Under the pieces are notes generated by a model. The model was given only the letters and a program-made list of their open reading frames with translations, searched no databases and was not told the DNA's origin. This document shows, piece after piece, positions 9,348-18,508 of a stretch of 64,000 nt of DNA. Numbering within the stretch: the stretch's first letter is position 1; each line of letters starts with the position of its first letter. The DNA lies in the NCBI GenBank assembly GCA_002316315.1, contig DCDG01000037.1, positions 21,967 through 85,966 of the forward strand, written 5' to 3'. The stretch is from Candidatus Aminicenantes bacterium UBA1061 (lineage in GTDB: Bacteria > Acidobacteriota > Aminicenantia > Aminicenantales > Saccharicenantaceae). The translations under genes and the position numbers were made by a program.

Positions 9348-9977
9348 TCATTCATAGACGAGAATTTCTACTCTTCTATTCTGGGCCCGACCTTCACGGG
9401 TAGAATTATCAGCCACTGGCACTGAGCTTCCCAGGCTAACCACAGACATCCGGTAAAGGGGAATATGATAGGTCTTATAAAGATACATCATGACCGCTTC
9501 CGCTCTTTTTTTGCCAAGAGCCAGGTTCACCTCTTCGGAGCCAACATTATCAGTATGACCTTGAATTTCAATGTAGACGCCTCTGTTTTCCTCGATGAGT
9601 TGCTGGACAAATCTGTCAAGAGCGGCTCTGGCTTCCGTGCTGAGCTCGGCACTGTTAAAGGCGAATTTAGCTTCATTATTGCTGAGGGTGGCCTTCATAA
9701 CCAGATTGCCTTTGATCATGGTTTTGACTTCTTCAATTTTCCCGTCAACTTGTTTGATCTGGCTATCCTGTTTATTAATCAACTCGCCTATCGTGGCCAG
9801 TTTCTCATCATGCTCTTTAATTCTCTTTTGGGTTTCTTCAACCTCAGTTGAGATGCTGGCCACTTTTTTATCAACTGACGACACTTCCGTATTGACAAAT
9901 TTTTTGGTAGCACAGGCCGGGATTAAAATAAAGACAGCCATAACCAGAACACATGACCAGACTATGCTTTTTTTCAT
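9348..9977 (-). CDS. OmpA-family peptidoglycan-associated (lipo)protein with coiled-coil linker
   Basis: Signal peptide with a Cys at ...LIPAC. A coiled-coil segment follows. The C-terminal OmpA/MotB domain reads NSAELSTEARAALDRF...IQGHTDNVGSEEVNLALGKKRAEAV...RRVEIL. Confidence 0.7.
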   Translation of the reverse strand: MKKSIVWSCVLVMAVFILIPACATKKFVNTEVSSVDKKVASISTEVEETQKRIKEHDEKLATIGELINKQDSQIKQVDGKIEEVKTMIKGNLVMKATLSNNEAKFAFNSAELSTEARAALDRFVQQLIEENRGVYIEIQGHTDNVGSEEVNLALGKKRAEAVMMYLYKTYHIPLYRMSVVSLGSSVPVADNSTREGRAQNRRVEILVYE

Positions 9978-10075
9978 TCTTTTCTCCTTTACCTTTGATT
10001 TCCATCTTTTTTTATATTATATGCTTAAATTAGAGTGTTTTCATCTGGCCTTAAAACTTTTTCTGCTTGATTATT

Positions 10076-11086
10076 TTAATAGCCCTGCCGCGTTCTCAGA
10101 CGGTAGTTACCCCTGGGGGTTGTTACCAGAATTCGACGGTAACGGTCATCCTCACGATAAGAGGTATACCCAATGATATACTGATGACTTTGCTCCCTTT
10201 TTATTTCATAAATTGAGGCCAGCAGCTCCTCCATACTGTTCAGGAAAAAAGCCTGGCCGCCAGTAGCTAGAGCAAAAAGATCCAGGGTTCGAACTATTCC
10301 CACCGGTGTCTGGCTGGCCGACTTTTTATGCCTAGCCAGGATTTCTTCAGCTTTTGGTATTTTATAACCGATAACATAAATCGGCACCTCAACCCGACGG
10401 GCGATTTCCAGAGCCTGTTCAGCCGAAGCCTGACTATCATTCTCGAGACCATCAGTAATCAGAAGCAGGGCCCTTTTCTCATTCTTAGCCCGGACAGCAT
10501 ATTGGGGAGAAACAGCCACGGCATCATTTAAAGCTGTCTTGCCATAAGCCTTTTCTTTATCGAGAGCAATCAGAAAAGTTGTTTTATCCATGGAGTGGCT
10601 GGCCGCCACTTCGACCTGACCATCGGCAAAAACTAACAGGGCAACTTCATCAGAAGGAGATAGTACCTTTTCGGCCATGATCCTCAGAGCCTGCCGACAT
10701 TCTTCAAATTTATTTTCGAGGGCCATGCTCCCGCTTACATCAAGCAGGACAGTCAGACTTAAAGGTGCCGTCTGATCATGCTGGAAATAAGTAATTGTCT
10801 TTTTTTCGCCATTTTCATAAATGATAAAATCCTTGTCTTCCAGGTTATTCACATAACGTCCGCGGCTATCCTTAACCGTCACCGCCAGGGTTACGGCATT
10901 AACCGTCACTTTATAAGCCGGTTTTTCCACCCGAACCTGGGCAGTCTTTTCCTGGCCCGATACAATTAAGGGGGCAGCCAGCACCAAAATCATGAACAGC
11001 ATGAACAGGATGAATAAGCAAGACCGATAGCTTTTCAATCCGATCATCTTTAAGTTTTTCCCCATGGTGTGGATCAAAATAGACAT
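10076..11086 (-). CDS. Membrane-anchored von Willebrand factor A (VWA) domain protein
   Basis: N-terminal TM helix. A MIDAS-type motif LLDVSGSM and a VWA-like alpha/beta pattern follow. Length 336 aa. Confidence 0.6.
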   Translation of the reverse strand: MSILIHTMGKNLKMIGLKSYRSCLFILFMLFMILVLAAPLIVSGQEKTAQVRVEKPAYKVTVNAVTLAVTVKDSRGRYVNNLEDKDFIIYENGEKKTITYFQHDQTAPLSLTVLLDVSGSMALENKFEECRQALRIMAEKVLSPSDEVALLVFADGQVEVAASHSMDKTTFLIALDKEKAYGKTALNDAVAVSPQYAVRAKNEKRALLLITDGLENDSQASAEQALEIARRVEVPIYVIGYKIPKAEEILARHKKSASQTPVGIVRTLDLFALATGGQAFFLNSMEELLASIYEIKREQSHQYIIGYTSYREDDRYRRILVTTPRGNYRLRTRQGY

Positions 11087-11099
11087 TTTCCGGGCTAAA

Positions 11100-11768
11100 T
11101 TATTTTAGACTTTGCAGCCGGTGTTTGACCACTTTGGCTTTGACCATATAAATGACATCTTCGGCAATATTCGTAGCGTGATCGCAGATTCGCTCTAAAT
11201 GCCTGGCCACCAGTAAGAGAGGAATAGCCCGTGGAACAGTCGTGGCATCCTTTATCATATAATCGTTAATTAACTCTATCTGGACAAGATTCCTCAACTC
11301 ATCAGCTTCATTATCCCTCAGAATAACTGAACGGGCCAGTTCGGTATCTTTATTGACAAAAGAATTGATAACATCCCTGATCATGCCCTGAGCCAGGGTA
11401 GCCAGCTTGGGGATATCAATTAATGGCTTGAGCAGCGGCTGGTCGGCCAATTCTAGAACTCGCTCGGCAATATCGACAGCCAGGTCTGCCATTCTTTCCA
11501 GATCAGTCGTTATTTTTAATGACATGACCACAAATCGCAGATCAGCTGCCGCGGGCTGATAAAGTGCAATTATATTCAGGCATTTTTCCTCAATTTCAAG
11601 CTCCATGTTATCTATACGCTTATCTCCTTCGATAATTGATTCAGCCAATTTCCGGCTAAGTTCTCTAAGGGCTCGAACCGACAGGCCTATAGAGTTTTCG
11701 ACTTCAGCACTCATCTCCAGAAGCTTTTTATTGAGTTCCAGCAATTCCTCATCAAAATATCTGGTCAT
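11100..11768 (-). CDS. phoU: Phosphate signalling complex protein PhoU
   Basis: Two PhoU repeats (MTRYFDEELLELNKKLLEMSAEVE..., and ...LVARHLERICDHATNIAEDV). Start trimmed to ATG 11768, which has a strong AAGGAG RBS 6 nt upstream. The track ORF extends to 11819 and overlaps pstB. Confidence 0.8.
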   Translation of the reverse strand: MTRYFDEELLELNKKLLEMSAEVENSIGLSVRALRELSRKLAESIIEGDKRIDNMELEIEEKCLNIIALYQPAAADLRFVVMSLKITTDLERMADLAVDIAERVLELADQPLLKPLIDIPKLATLAQGMIRDVINSFVNKDTELARSVILRDNEADELRNLVQIELINDYMIKDATTVPRAIPLLLVARHLERICDHATNIAEDVIYMVKAKVVKHRLQSLK

Positions 11769-11811
11769 TGACTTCTCCTTGATCTTTTTTCTAACAGCTC
11801 CAGCCTCCGCT

Positions 11812-12585
11812 TCAGCCAAACCGCCCCGTTATATAGTCTTCAGTCCGGCGATCCCTGGGGCTGGTAAAAATTTGATCTGTCAGACCAAATTCCACGAGCT
11901 CACCCAGCAAGAAATAACCGGTATAATCAGAGACCCTGGCTGCCTGTTGCATATTATGAGTGACAATAATTATAGTATACTTTTGTTTCAGCTGATACAT
12001 TAAATCTTCGATCCTGGCCGTAGCCGTTGGATCAAGAGCAGAACATGGCTCGTCCATCAAGACCACTTCTGGTTCAACCGCCAAGACCCGGGCAATGCAC
12101 AGCCGTTGTTGCTGCTCCCCGGTAAGCCAGAGAGCATTGGTCTGCAGCCTGTCTTTAAGTTCATCCCAGAGATTAACAGCCTGCAAGCTGTGAAAAAGCC
12201 TTTCTTCCATTGAGGTCGGATCGGTCTGACCGTGGACCCTGAGCCCATAAGTGACATTATCAAAAACACTGAGAGGAAAAGGGTTAGGCCGCTGAAAAAC
12301 CATGCCGACTCTTCTCCTTAGTTCCAGCAAATCGATATCATCATCGAAAATATTTTTTCCATCAAAAATGACCCGGCCCTCGGTTCTGGCCCCTTCAACC
12401 AAATCATTCATCCGGTTTAGCGTCCTCAGAAAAGTTGATTTACCACAACCGGAGGGGCCAATCAGGGCAGTTATCTTCCTGACTTGAATATCAATATTTA
12501 CATTCTTCAGAACCTGAAATTGGCTGTAAAAAACCGACAGCGACTTGACTTCAATGATATTTGCGCCACCGATTATTTCTGCCAT
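11812..12585 (-). CDS. pstB: Phosphate ABC transporter ATP-binding protein PstB (copy 2)
   Basis: Walker [10 protein letters not shown], the PstB-typical LNRMNDL motif, signature LSGGQQQRL and Walker B LLMDEP. Length 257 aa. Confidence 0.85.
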   Translation of the reverse strand: MAEIIGGANIIEVKSLSVFYSQFQVLKNVNIDIQVRKITALIGPSGCGKSTFLRTLNRMNDLVEGARTEGRVIFDGKNIFDDDIDLLELRRRVGMVFQRPNPFPLSVFDNVTYGLRVHGQTDPTSMEERLFHSLQAVNLWDELKDRLQTNALWLTGEQQQRLCIARVLAVEPEVVLMDEPCSALDPTATARIEDLMYQLKQKYTIIIVTHNMQQAARVSDYTGYFLLGELVEFGLTDQIFTSPRDRRTEDYITGRFG

Positions 12586-12772
12586 GTCTTTATTTTCCCT
12601 CAGCCTTTAACCTTATCTTTATCATCTCTCATAATTCCCTGGCTTCTGTCCTTATATAATCCTTTTATTAATTTTATTTTAACTCTTGATTAATTTCCTT
12701 TAAATTTAGGCCTGCCGTCAGAGAAAGGCCATTTCTATCCACCTTTTTATCTTTTAGAGCCTGTTTCGAGCC

Positions 12773-13534
12773 TCAGCCAAATCTCCCCTCAATATAGTTT
12801 TCTGTACGTTTATCAGATGGCCTGGTAAAAATGATCCCGGTTTCGTTTACTTCTACCAGCTCACCCATCAGAAAAAAAGCTGTGCGGTCTGCAACCCGGG
12901 CAGCCTGCTTCGTATTATTAGTTACGAGGATAATAGTATAGTCCTTTTTCAGCAGCCTCAGTGTGTCTTCAATTTTCATGGTGGAGATGGGGTCGAGGCC
13001 TGAGGTCGGTTCATCCAGAAGAATATACTCCGGTTTAAGGGCCAGAACACGAGCCAGACACAGCCGTTGCTGCTGGCCGCCCGAGAGTTTTAAAGCACTG
13101 ATCTTCAACCGATCTTTGACTTCAGCCCATAATCCAGCTTTTTCCAAACAATCCTCAACCAGACGGTCAAGCTCTCCTCGGTTAGTCTGACCCTGGAGCT
13201 TTGGACCAAAAACAACATTGTCATAAATGCTCATGGGCAGAGGAACCGGTGTTGCAAAAACCATTCCAAGCTGGCGACGTAAAGCAGCTACCTCGACTTC
13301 AGGTTGATAAATGTCCTGGCCATCAATTAAAATATTACCTGAAACCCTTGACCCGGGGACAAGATCGTTCAGCCGGTTAAGGCAAGTTAAAAAAGTTGAT
13401 TTACCGCTTCTGGCCGGACCGATAATACCCAGTATTTCCCTCCGGTAAATCACAAGATTGAGATTCTTCAAACTCTGTTGCTGGCCATAAAAATGACTAA
13501 AATTTACGACCTGAATAGCTGTGTCTCTCATCAC
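12773..13534 (-). CDS. pstB: Phosphate ABC transporter ATP-binding protein PstB (copy 1)
   Basis: Walker A GPARSGKST, LNRLNDL, LSGGQQQRL and ILLDEP. Length 253 aa. It is a paralog of the adjacent pstB. Confidence 0.85.
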   Translation of the reverse strand: MMRDTAIQVVNFSHFYGQQQSLKNLNLVIYRREILGIIGPARSGKSTFLTCLNRLNDLVPGSRVSGNILIDGQDIYQPEVEVAALRRQLGMVFATPVPLPMSIYDNVVFGPKLQGQTNRGELDRLVEDCLEKAGLWAEVKDRLKISALKLSGGQQQRLCLARVLALKPEYILLDEPTSGLDPISTMKIEDTLRLLKKDYTIILVTNNTKQAARVADRTAFFLMGELVEVNETGIIFTRPSDKRTENYIEGRFG

Positions 13535-13583
13535 CTGCCTGTCCTGCTTTTTTACTTATTCATGATCATTTTTTTATTCCTGT

Positions 13584-14438
13584 TTATTCCGGCGATGTCC
13601 GGCTTATGTATTTGCCCATCAAATAATAAGTGATGATATTAATCATAAGAATGGCTATAACCAGGACAGCTGCCGTCCCATAAGCCTTGGGCATAGAAAT
13701 ACCCTCCCTGGCCAGAATATAAAAATGAACCGACATGGTTCTACCTGAGGAGAAAATAGACGAGGGAAGATGAAGGGCACTACCGGCGGTAAATATGACT
13801 GCCGCCGTTTCTCCAATGCTTCGCCCGATGCTCAAAACCACGCCGGTGGCTATGCCCGGAGCAGCTGAGGGCAGGACAACTTTCGTCACTGTTTGCCACC
13901 GGGTACTTCCCAGAGAATAGCTGGCCAGGCGATAGGCAGCCGGTACACTCTTAATAGCTTCCTCACTTGTTCTGATAATAGTCGGCAAGACCATAAAGGC
14001 CAGAGTTAATCCACCACTTAAAATTGACCAGCCAAATTTAAGTTTATTAACAAAAAGGATAAAACCAAAAAGGCCAAAGATAATGGAAGGAATGCCGGCC
14101 AGGCATTCAGCCCCAAAACGGATTATCCGGGTAACCACCCTTTCAGATGTATATTCAGTAAGATAAATAGCTGTCCCCACTCCTAAGGGCGTGGCCACCA
14201 GCAAAGCAATAAAGGTAAGATAGATGGTGGTAACAATCGTCGAGAAGATTCCTCCCTCACGTCCCATATGAGCAGGATTTGTCGTCAGGAACTCCAGGCT
14301 GAGCTGGGGCAGGCCGTTTTTTAAAATAACAGCCAGAATAAAAATTAAGACCAGGATGGCAACAGAGGTCATCATATATAGAAGAATCTGTATGACTTTT
14401 TGTTCAGCTCTCGGTTTTAACCTGAAATGTTTCTTCAC
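13584..14438 (-). CDS. pstA: Phosphate ABC transporter permease PstA
   Basis: Six-TM permease with the EAA-like loop (SIGRSIGETAAVIFTAG) in the PstA position of the operon. Confidence 0.8.
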   Translation of the reverse strand: MKKHFRLKPRAEQKVIQILLYMMTSVAILVLIFILAVILKNGLPQLSLEFLTTNPAHMGREGGIFSTIVTTIYLTFIALLVATPLGVGTAIYLTEYTSERVVTRIIRFGAECLAGIPSIIFGLFGFILFVNKLKFGWSILSGGLTLAFMVLPTIIRTSEEAIKSVPAAYRLASYSLGSTRWQTVTKVVLPSAAPGIATGVVLSIGRSIGETAAVIFTAGSALHLPSSIFSSGRTMSVHFYILAREGISMPKAYGTAAVLVIAILMINIITYYLMGKYISRTSPE

Positions 14439-14449
14439 TTTTTTCCCGG

Positions 14450-15310
14450 CTATTTTCTGGACTGTTTCCTGGCAGTCAGATTGGCCAGGAAGTTTAAAAT
14501 CATAATAATAACAAAAAGAATAACACCTGTAGCAAATAGTGCCTGACGGTGTTCTCCGCTGGCATAAGCCATTTCCAGGGCAATATTTGAAGTCAGGGTT
14601 CTGACAGGAGCCAGTAACGACCCGGGCAGGTCAGCCGCATTTCCGGCGACCATAATGACGGCCATGGTCTCGCCTATGGCTCTTCCCATTCCCAGAATAA
14701 TTCCTGCCACCAGACCCGAGCGGGCCGCCGGTAAAACTACCATCCTGACTGTTTGCCACTTAGTCGCACCCAATGCCATGGAGCCTTCACGGTAAGAATC
14801 AGGAACCGCTCTGATGGAATCGATAGAAATACTGATAATAGTTGGCAGAATCATTATACCCAGAATTATAGAAGCAGACAGGACGGATAAACCTGGCCCC
14901 CCAAACGTTTCCCTGATAAAGGGCACCAGAAACATCAGTCCTAGAAACCCATAAACAACGGAAGGAATACCGGATAGAAGTTCAATAACCGGCTTTAAAA
15001 TCCGTGAGACCCGGCGAGTGGAGAATTCAGTCAAAAAAATGGCACTGGCCAGGCCCAGAGGCACACCAATCAGCAGGGCCCCCAGGGTAACCAGCAGTGA
15101 ACCAACAATCATCGGCAGCAAGCCGAAACTCTTTTCTGACGGAAACCAGTCCTGGCCAAGCAGAAAATTCTTCAGGCCATATTTCGCCATGATGGGCAGA
15201 CCCTGCTCAAAGATAAAAATCGTAATGATGGCCAGAATTGAGATAGCGGATAGAGCCACCACCAGCAGGCTGATCCTGATCAACCGGTCATTAGCTTTAG
15301 GCCTGGCCAT
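14450..15310 (-). CDS. pstC: Phosphate ABC transporter permease PstC
   Basis: Permease with GMGRAIGETMAVIMVAG. The start is moved to the internal Met (MARPKANDRL...) to avoid a 100-bp overlap with pstS. The track ORF extends to 15415. Confidence 0.75.
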   Translation of the reverse strand: MARPKANDRLIRISLLVVALSAISILAIITIFIFEQGLPIMAKYGLKNFLLGQDWFPSEKSFGLLPMIVGSLLVTLGALLIGVPLGLASAIFLTEFSTRRVSRILKPVIELLSGIPSVVYGFLGLMFLVPFIRETFGGPGLSVLSASIILGIMILPTIISISIDSIRAVPDSYREGSMALGATKWQTVRMVVLPAARSGLVAGIILGMGRAIGETMAVIMVAGNAADLPGSLLAPVRTLTSNIALEMAYASGEHRQALFATGVILFVIIMILNFLANLTARKQSRK

Positions 15311-15314
15311 TATC

Positions 15315-16253
15315 TTATTCTTCCCTCCGTTCAAATCCGGTATCAGCAGGAATTTTTTTAACAGGAATAAGCCCTTCCTGAGGCAGCCTCGACTGAATTT
15401 CATCTGATAGAACAAAGTCTATGAATTCCTTTAAAAGCCCCCGTGGCTCTTCTAAGACTAGAAACAGGAAGGGCCGGCGAAGCCCGTATTCGCCTTTTAC
15501 AATAGCTTCTTCCGATGGTCGAACGCCCTCAAGAGCGATAGCTTTCACCCTATCGTTAACCAGGCCAAGAGATATAAAGCCAATTGAGTTCTCGTCACGG
15601 CTAACAATTTCCCTGACCACCCCATTGGAATCCTCAACAATGGCCTTTTTGCTGATTCTTCTTTGTCCCATGACCATTTCCTGAAAAGCCCCACGCGTGC
15701 CAGAGCCTTCTTCTCTAACCACGACCGTTATAGTCTTATCGGTACTATTAAGTATTTTCCAGTTAGTAATTTCACCAGCAAAAATACTTCGAACCTGCTC
15801 AATGCTCAGGTTATTAACAGAATTTGATGGGTGGACAATAATCGCCAGGCCATCATAAGCTACTGTGATTTCCATCAGATCCTTTTCATCCTGTTTCAGC
15901 TCTCTTGATGATAAGCCAATATCAGCCGTCTTCTCTTTGACCGCCATTATGCCGGCGCTGGAACCACCCCCCTGAACATTGATGACCACCTTAGCATCTT
16001 TCTCCATAAAAAGCTCGGCCCATTCATCAGTAAAGGGCTGGATGCTGGTGGAACCAGCCACAATAATTTCCTCACGGCCAGAATTCGGCCGACAGGCTGA
16101 AAAGTTGAAAAAACAGAAGGCACCCAATATCAAATAAACAACCAGATAAAAATGCCCGGTCAGAATATTGTCTTTTAAAAACTTCTTGGAAAAAAAAGAT
16201 TGACGATTGGCCTGGTGAAATGTATCGCCATATTTTTTTGACTCAGAGTTCAT
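15315..16253 (-). CDS. pstS: Phosphate ABC transporter substrate-binding lipoprotein PstS
   Basis: Signal peptide with lipobox-like FSAC. Type-2 periplasmic binding fold motifs AGSTSIQP, SRELK and GSGTRGAF typical of PstS. A TATAAT box lies upstream (minus strand, about 16330). Confidence 0.8.
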   Translation of the reverse strand: MNSESKKYGDTFHQANRQSFFSKKFLKDNILTGHFYLVVYLILGAFCFFNFSACRPNSGREEIIVAGSTSIQPFTDEWAELFMEKDAKVVINVQGGGSSAGIMAVKEKTADIGLSSRELKQDEKDLMEITVAYDGLAIIVHPSNSVNNLSIEQVRSIFAGEITNWKILNSTDKTITVVVREEGSGTRGAFQEMVMGQRRISKKAIVEDSNGVVREIVSRDENSIGFISLGLVNDRVKAIALEGVRPSEEAIVKGEYGLRRPFLFLVLEEPRGLLKEFIDFVLSDEIQSRLPQEGLIPVKKIPADTGFERREE

Positions 16254-16429
16254 GCTCAGCCATTCCGCTCCTTTAGACTTAGCACTCCTACTGGCGGAAT
16301 ACAGATATAATTCTCGGCAGAAACCAGTCTTTCTGTATCAGGGGTTATTCAATAAGTTGATATTATACCTGACTTGTCGAAAAAGAAAAGTATGAATTTT
16401 AATGCTGCCAGAAGAGAGCTCAACCGGTC

Positions 16430-18382
16430 TCAGGATGAAATCTTATCAAGTTCCTCCAGTCTTCTCTCAAATATCTCCTTTTTTTCTTCATACTCCTGAT
16501 AAACTTGAGCATATTCTTCATAAAGTGAATCGAGGCTATGGCGATGGAGATCGAGGTTGCGGGAAAGACGGACTACCTCCTGCCCACAGCCCTCGACTGA
16601 AGCATCTATTATCTTCTGGGTGAGCTGACTAATCCTTTCTTCCGTTTCTTCAATGCTATTTTCAAGTCCACTAACTCTTTCTTCCAGCGGCTTAAGGTTG
16701 CGTGATTTTTCTATGATCACTTCTGAACGAAGCCTTCTCAGCTCACGCGGGGAGAGCTTAAACCTGAATGGTGTCTCATAAGGCGCAGCTGCTGGACTCG
16801 GCCCTTCGCCTGGAATCTGCCCGTAATGATGGTCAACTCCTGAAATGACTTTACCATTTTTCTCTGTAAAGCCATTTTTAACTGCTTTCTCGACTTTTTC
16901 TTCACTCCAGCCCACTTTTTTCAAGAAACTTTCGTAATCGCCTTCAAAGATATCAATCTTATTGTCCTGAAAAACAATCAGACGTTCAGCCAGAGCCCGC
17001 AGGAACATTTCGTTATGAGTGACCATAACCACCGCACCTTCAAAGTTATCAAGAGCAGCCAGTAAAGCATCGCTTGATTCCAGATCGAGATGATTGGTTG
17101 GTTCATCCAGCAAAAGTAAATTAATCGGCCTGGCCAGAATTTTGCCCAGAAGGACACGGCTCTTTTCACCTCCCGACAGCACCCTGATTGGCTTAAGAGC
17201 CTCATCACCTTCAAACATCAGTGTGCCGGCAATCTGGCGGACACGGACCGGCTCAAGCCGGGGATTGGCCAGGGCGATTTCTTCCAGAACCGTATTTTCA
17301 TTATTCATTTCTTCAGCATAACTTTGTTCGTAATAACCGACCGCCACTGACCTGGAGTAAGTTATTCCCCCGGTTTGTGGCTCAAACAGACTAGCCATAA
17401 CCTTAAGAAGGGTCGTCTTCCCGCGTCCATTGCGACCAATGACCATGACTCGATCACGGGCTCCAATTTGAAAACTCAGCCTGTCAATGATCGGTTTGTC
17501 GGGAATATAACCAAAGCTTACTCCATCGAGACTCAGAGCGTATTTATGGTGAAAAGGCTTTTCCTGAAAAGCAAATTCCATATTCTTTATCTTTTCGAGT
17601 TTTTCCCGTTTTCCCATTTTTTCTATATATTTCAGGCGGGATTGAACCAGACCAGCCAGCCGGGCCTTGGCCCGGAAGCGGTTGATGAAAACTTCCATCT
17701 CTTTGCGCTTTCTTTCATCATTAATTCGTGTCTTCTCATAAACTTCTTCTTCCTGGGCAATCTGGTCATAATATTTTTCAGTATTGCCTTCGATCTTCCT
17801 GGCTTTATGACGATGAAGGCCAAGGATATGGGTAGCAATTCGGTCCATAAAGCTTCGATCATGAGTGATCAGCATCAATTCTCCCGGCCAATCTAATAAG
17901 AACTTTTCCAGCCAGCGAATGGAAGTAATATCCAGATAATTATTTGGCTCATCCAGAAGAAGCAGATCATAGTCGGTTAAAAGAAGCCGGGCCAGGTTGA
18001 GCCTGACCTGATAACCTCCAGACAGCTGGAAAGGGTTAAGTTGAAACTCCAGGGGAAAAAATCCTAGTCCGCTCAGCACTTTTTCCACCCGCCAGAGTTG
18101 ATCTGCACCGGGGCTGGACAGACCGCGGCTGGCTTCTTCTAAAACTGTTGCCCCTTTAAAATCAGCTTCTTGCTGCAAATAACCGATCCTATAATTTTTC
18201 GGAATGATGATCCGGCCCTCATCCGGTTCTTCCAGTCCAGCTATCAGGCGGAAAAGAGTTGATTTCCCGTGACCATTTTTGCCGACTACCCCCACCCTTT
18301 CTCCCCGGTTAAGCCGGAAACTGATTTTTTCGAACAAAACCTGCGAGCCATAACTTTTAGATAAACCTTCGACTGCTAGCAT
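16430..18382 (-). CDS. ABC-F family ATPase (tandem ABC domains, no TMD; Uup/EttA-like translation factor) with C-terminal coiled-coil
   Basis: Two Walker A sites (GKNGHGKST, GRNGRGKTT), two LSGG signatures, and a C-terminal charged helical extension. Length 650 aa. Confidence 0.8.
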   Translation of the reverse strand: MLAVEGLSKSYGSQVLFEKISFRLNRGERVGVVGKNGHGKSTLFRLIAGLEEPDEGRIIIPKNYRIGYLQQEADFKGATVLEEASRGLSSPGADQLWRVEKVLSGLGFFPLEFQLNPFQLSGGYQVRLNLARLLLTDYDLLLLDEPNNYLDITSIRWLEKFLLDWPGELMLITHDRSFMDRIATHILGLHRHKARKIEGNTEKYYDQIAQEEEVYEKTRINDERKRKEMEVFINRFRAKARLAGLVQSRLKYIEKMGKREKLEKIKNMEFAFQEKPFHHKYALSLDGVSFGYIPDKPIIDRLSFQIGARDRVMVIGRNGRGKTTLLKVMASLFEPQTGGITYSRSVAVGYYEQSYAEEMNNENTVLEEIALANPRLEPVRVRQIAGTLMFEGDEALKPIRVLSGGEKSRVLLGKILARPINLLLLDEPTNHLDLESSDALLAALDNFEGAVVMVTHNEMFLRALAERLIVFQDNKIDIFEGDYESFLKKVGWSEEKVEKAVKNGFTEKNGKVISGVDHHYGQIPGEGPSPAAAPYETPFRFKLSPRELRRLRSEVIIEKSRNLKPLEERVSGLENSIEETEERISQLTQKIIDASVEGCGQEVVRLSRNLDLHRHSLDSLYEEYAQVYQEYEEKKEIFERRLEELDKISS

Positions 18383-18508
18383 GGAAATACCGATCTCCGG
18401 TTATTTGATAAGAATTTAAACCAAAGCCTGGGACCGGAGCCAGACCCCCGGTCTCAGGCTTTAATAATAGCATTTTTTCCGGCTATTTAAATCTGCCGAG
18501 CAGGTTAA

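Noticed and set aside
11769-11819. Longer PhoU start (MAEAEAGAV...) from the track
   Set aside because: The internal ATG at 11768 has a near-perfect AAGGAG RBS and removes the overlap with pstB. The longer N-terminus has no PhoU-like content.
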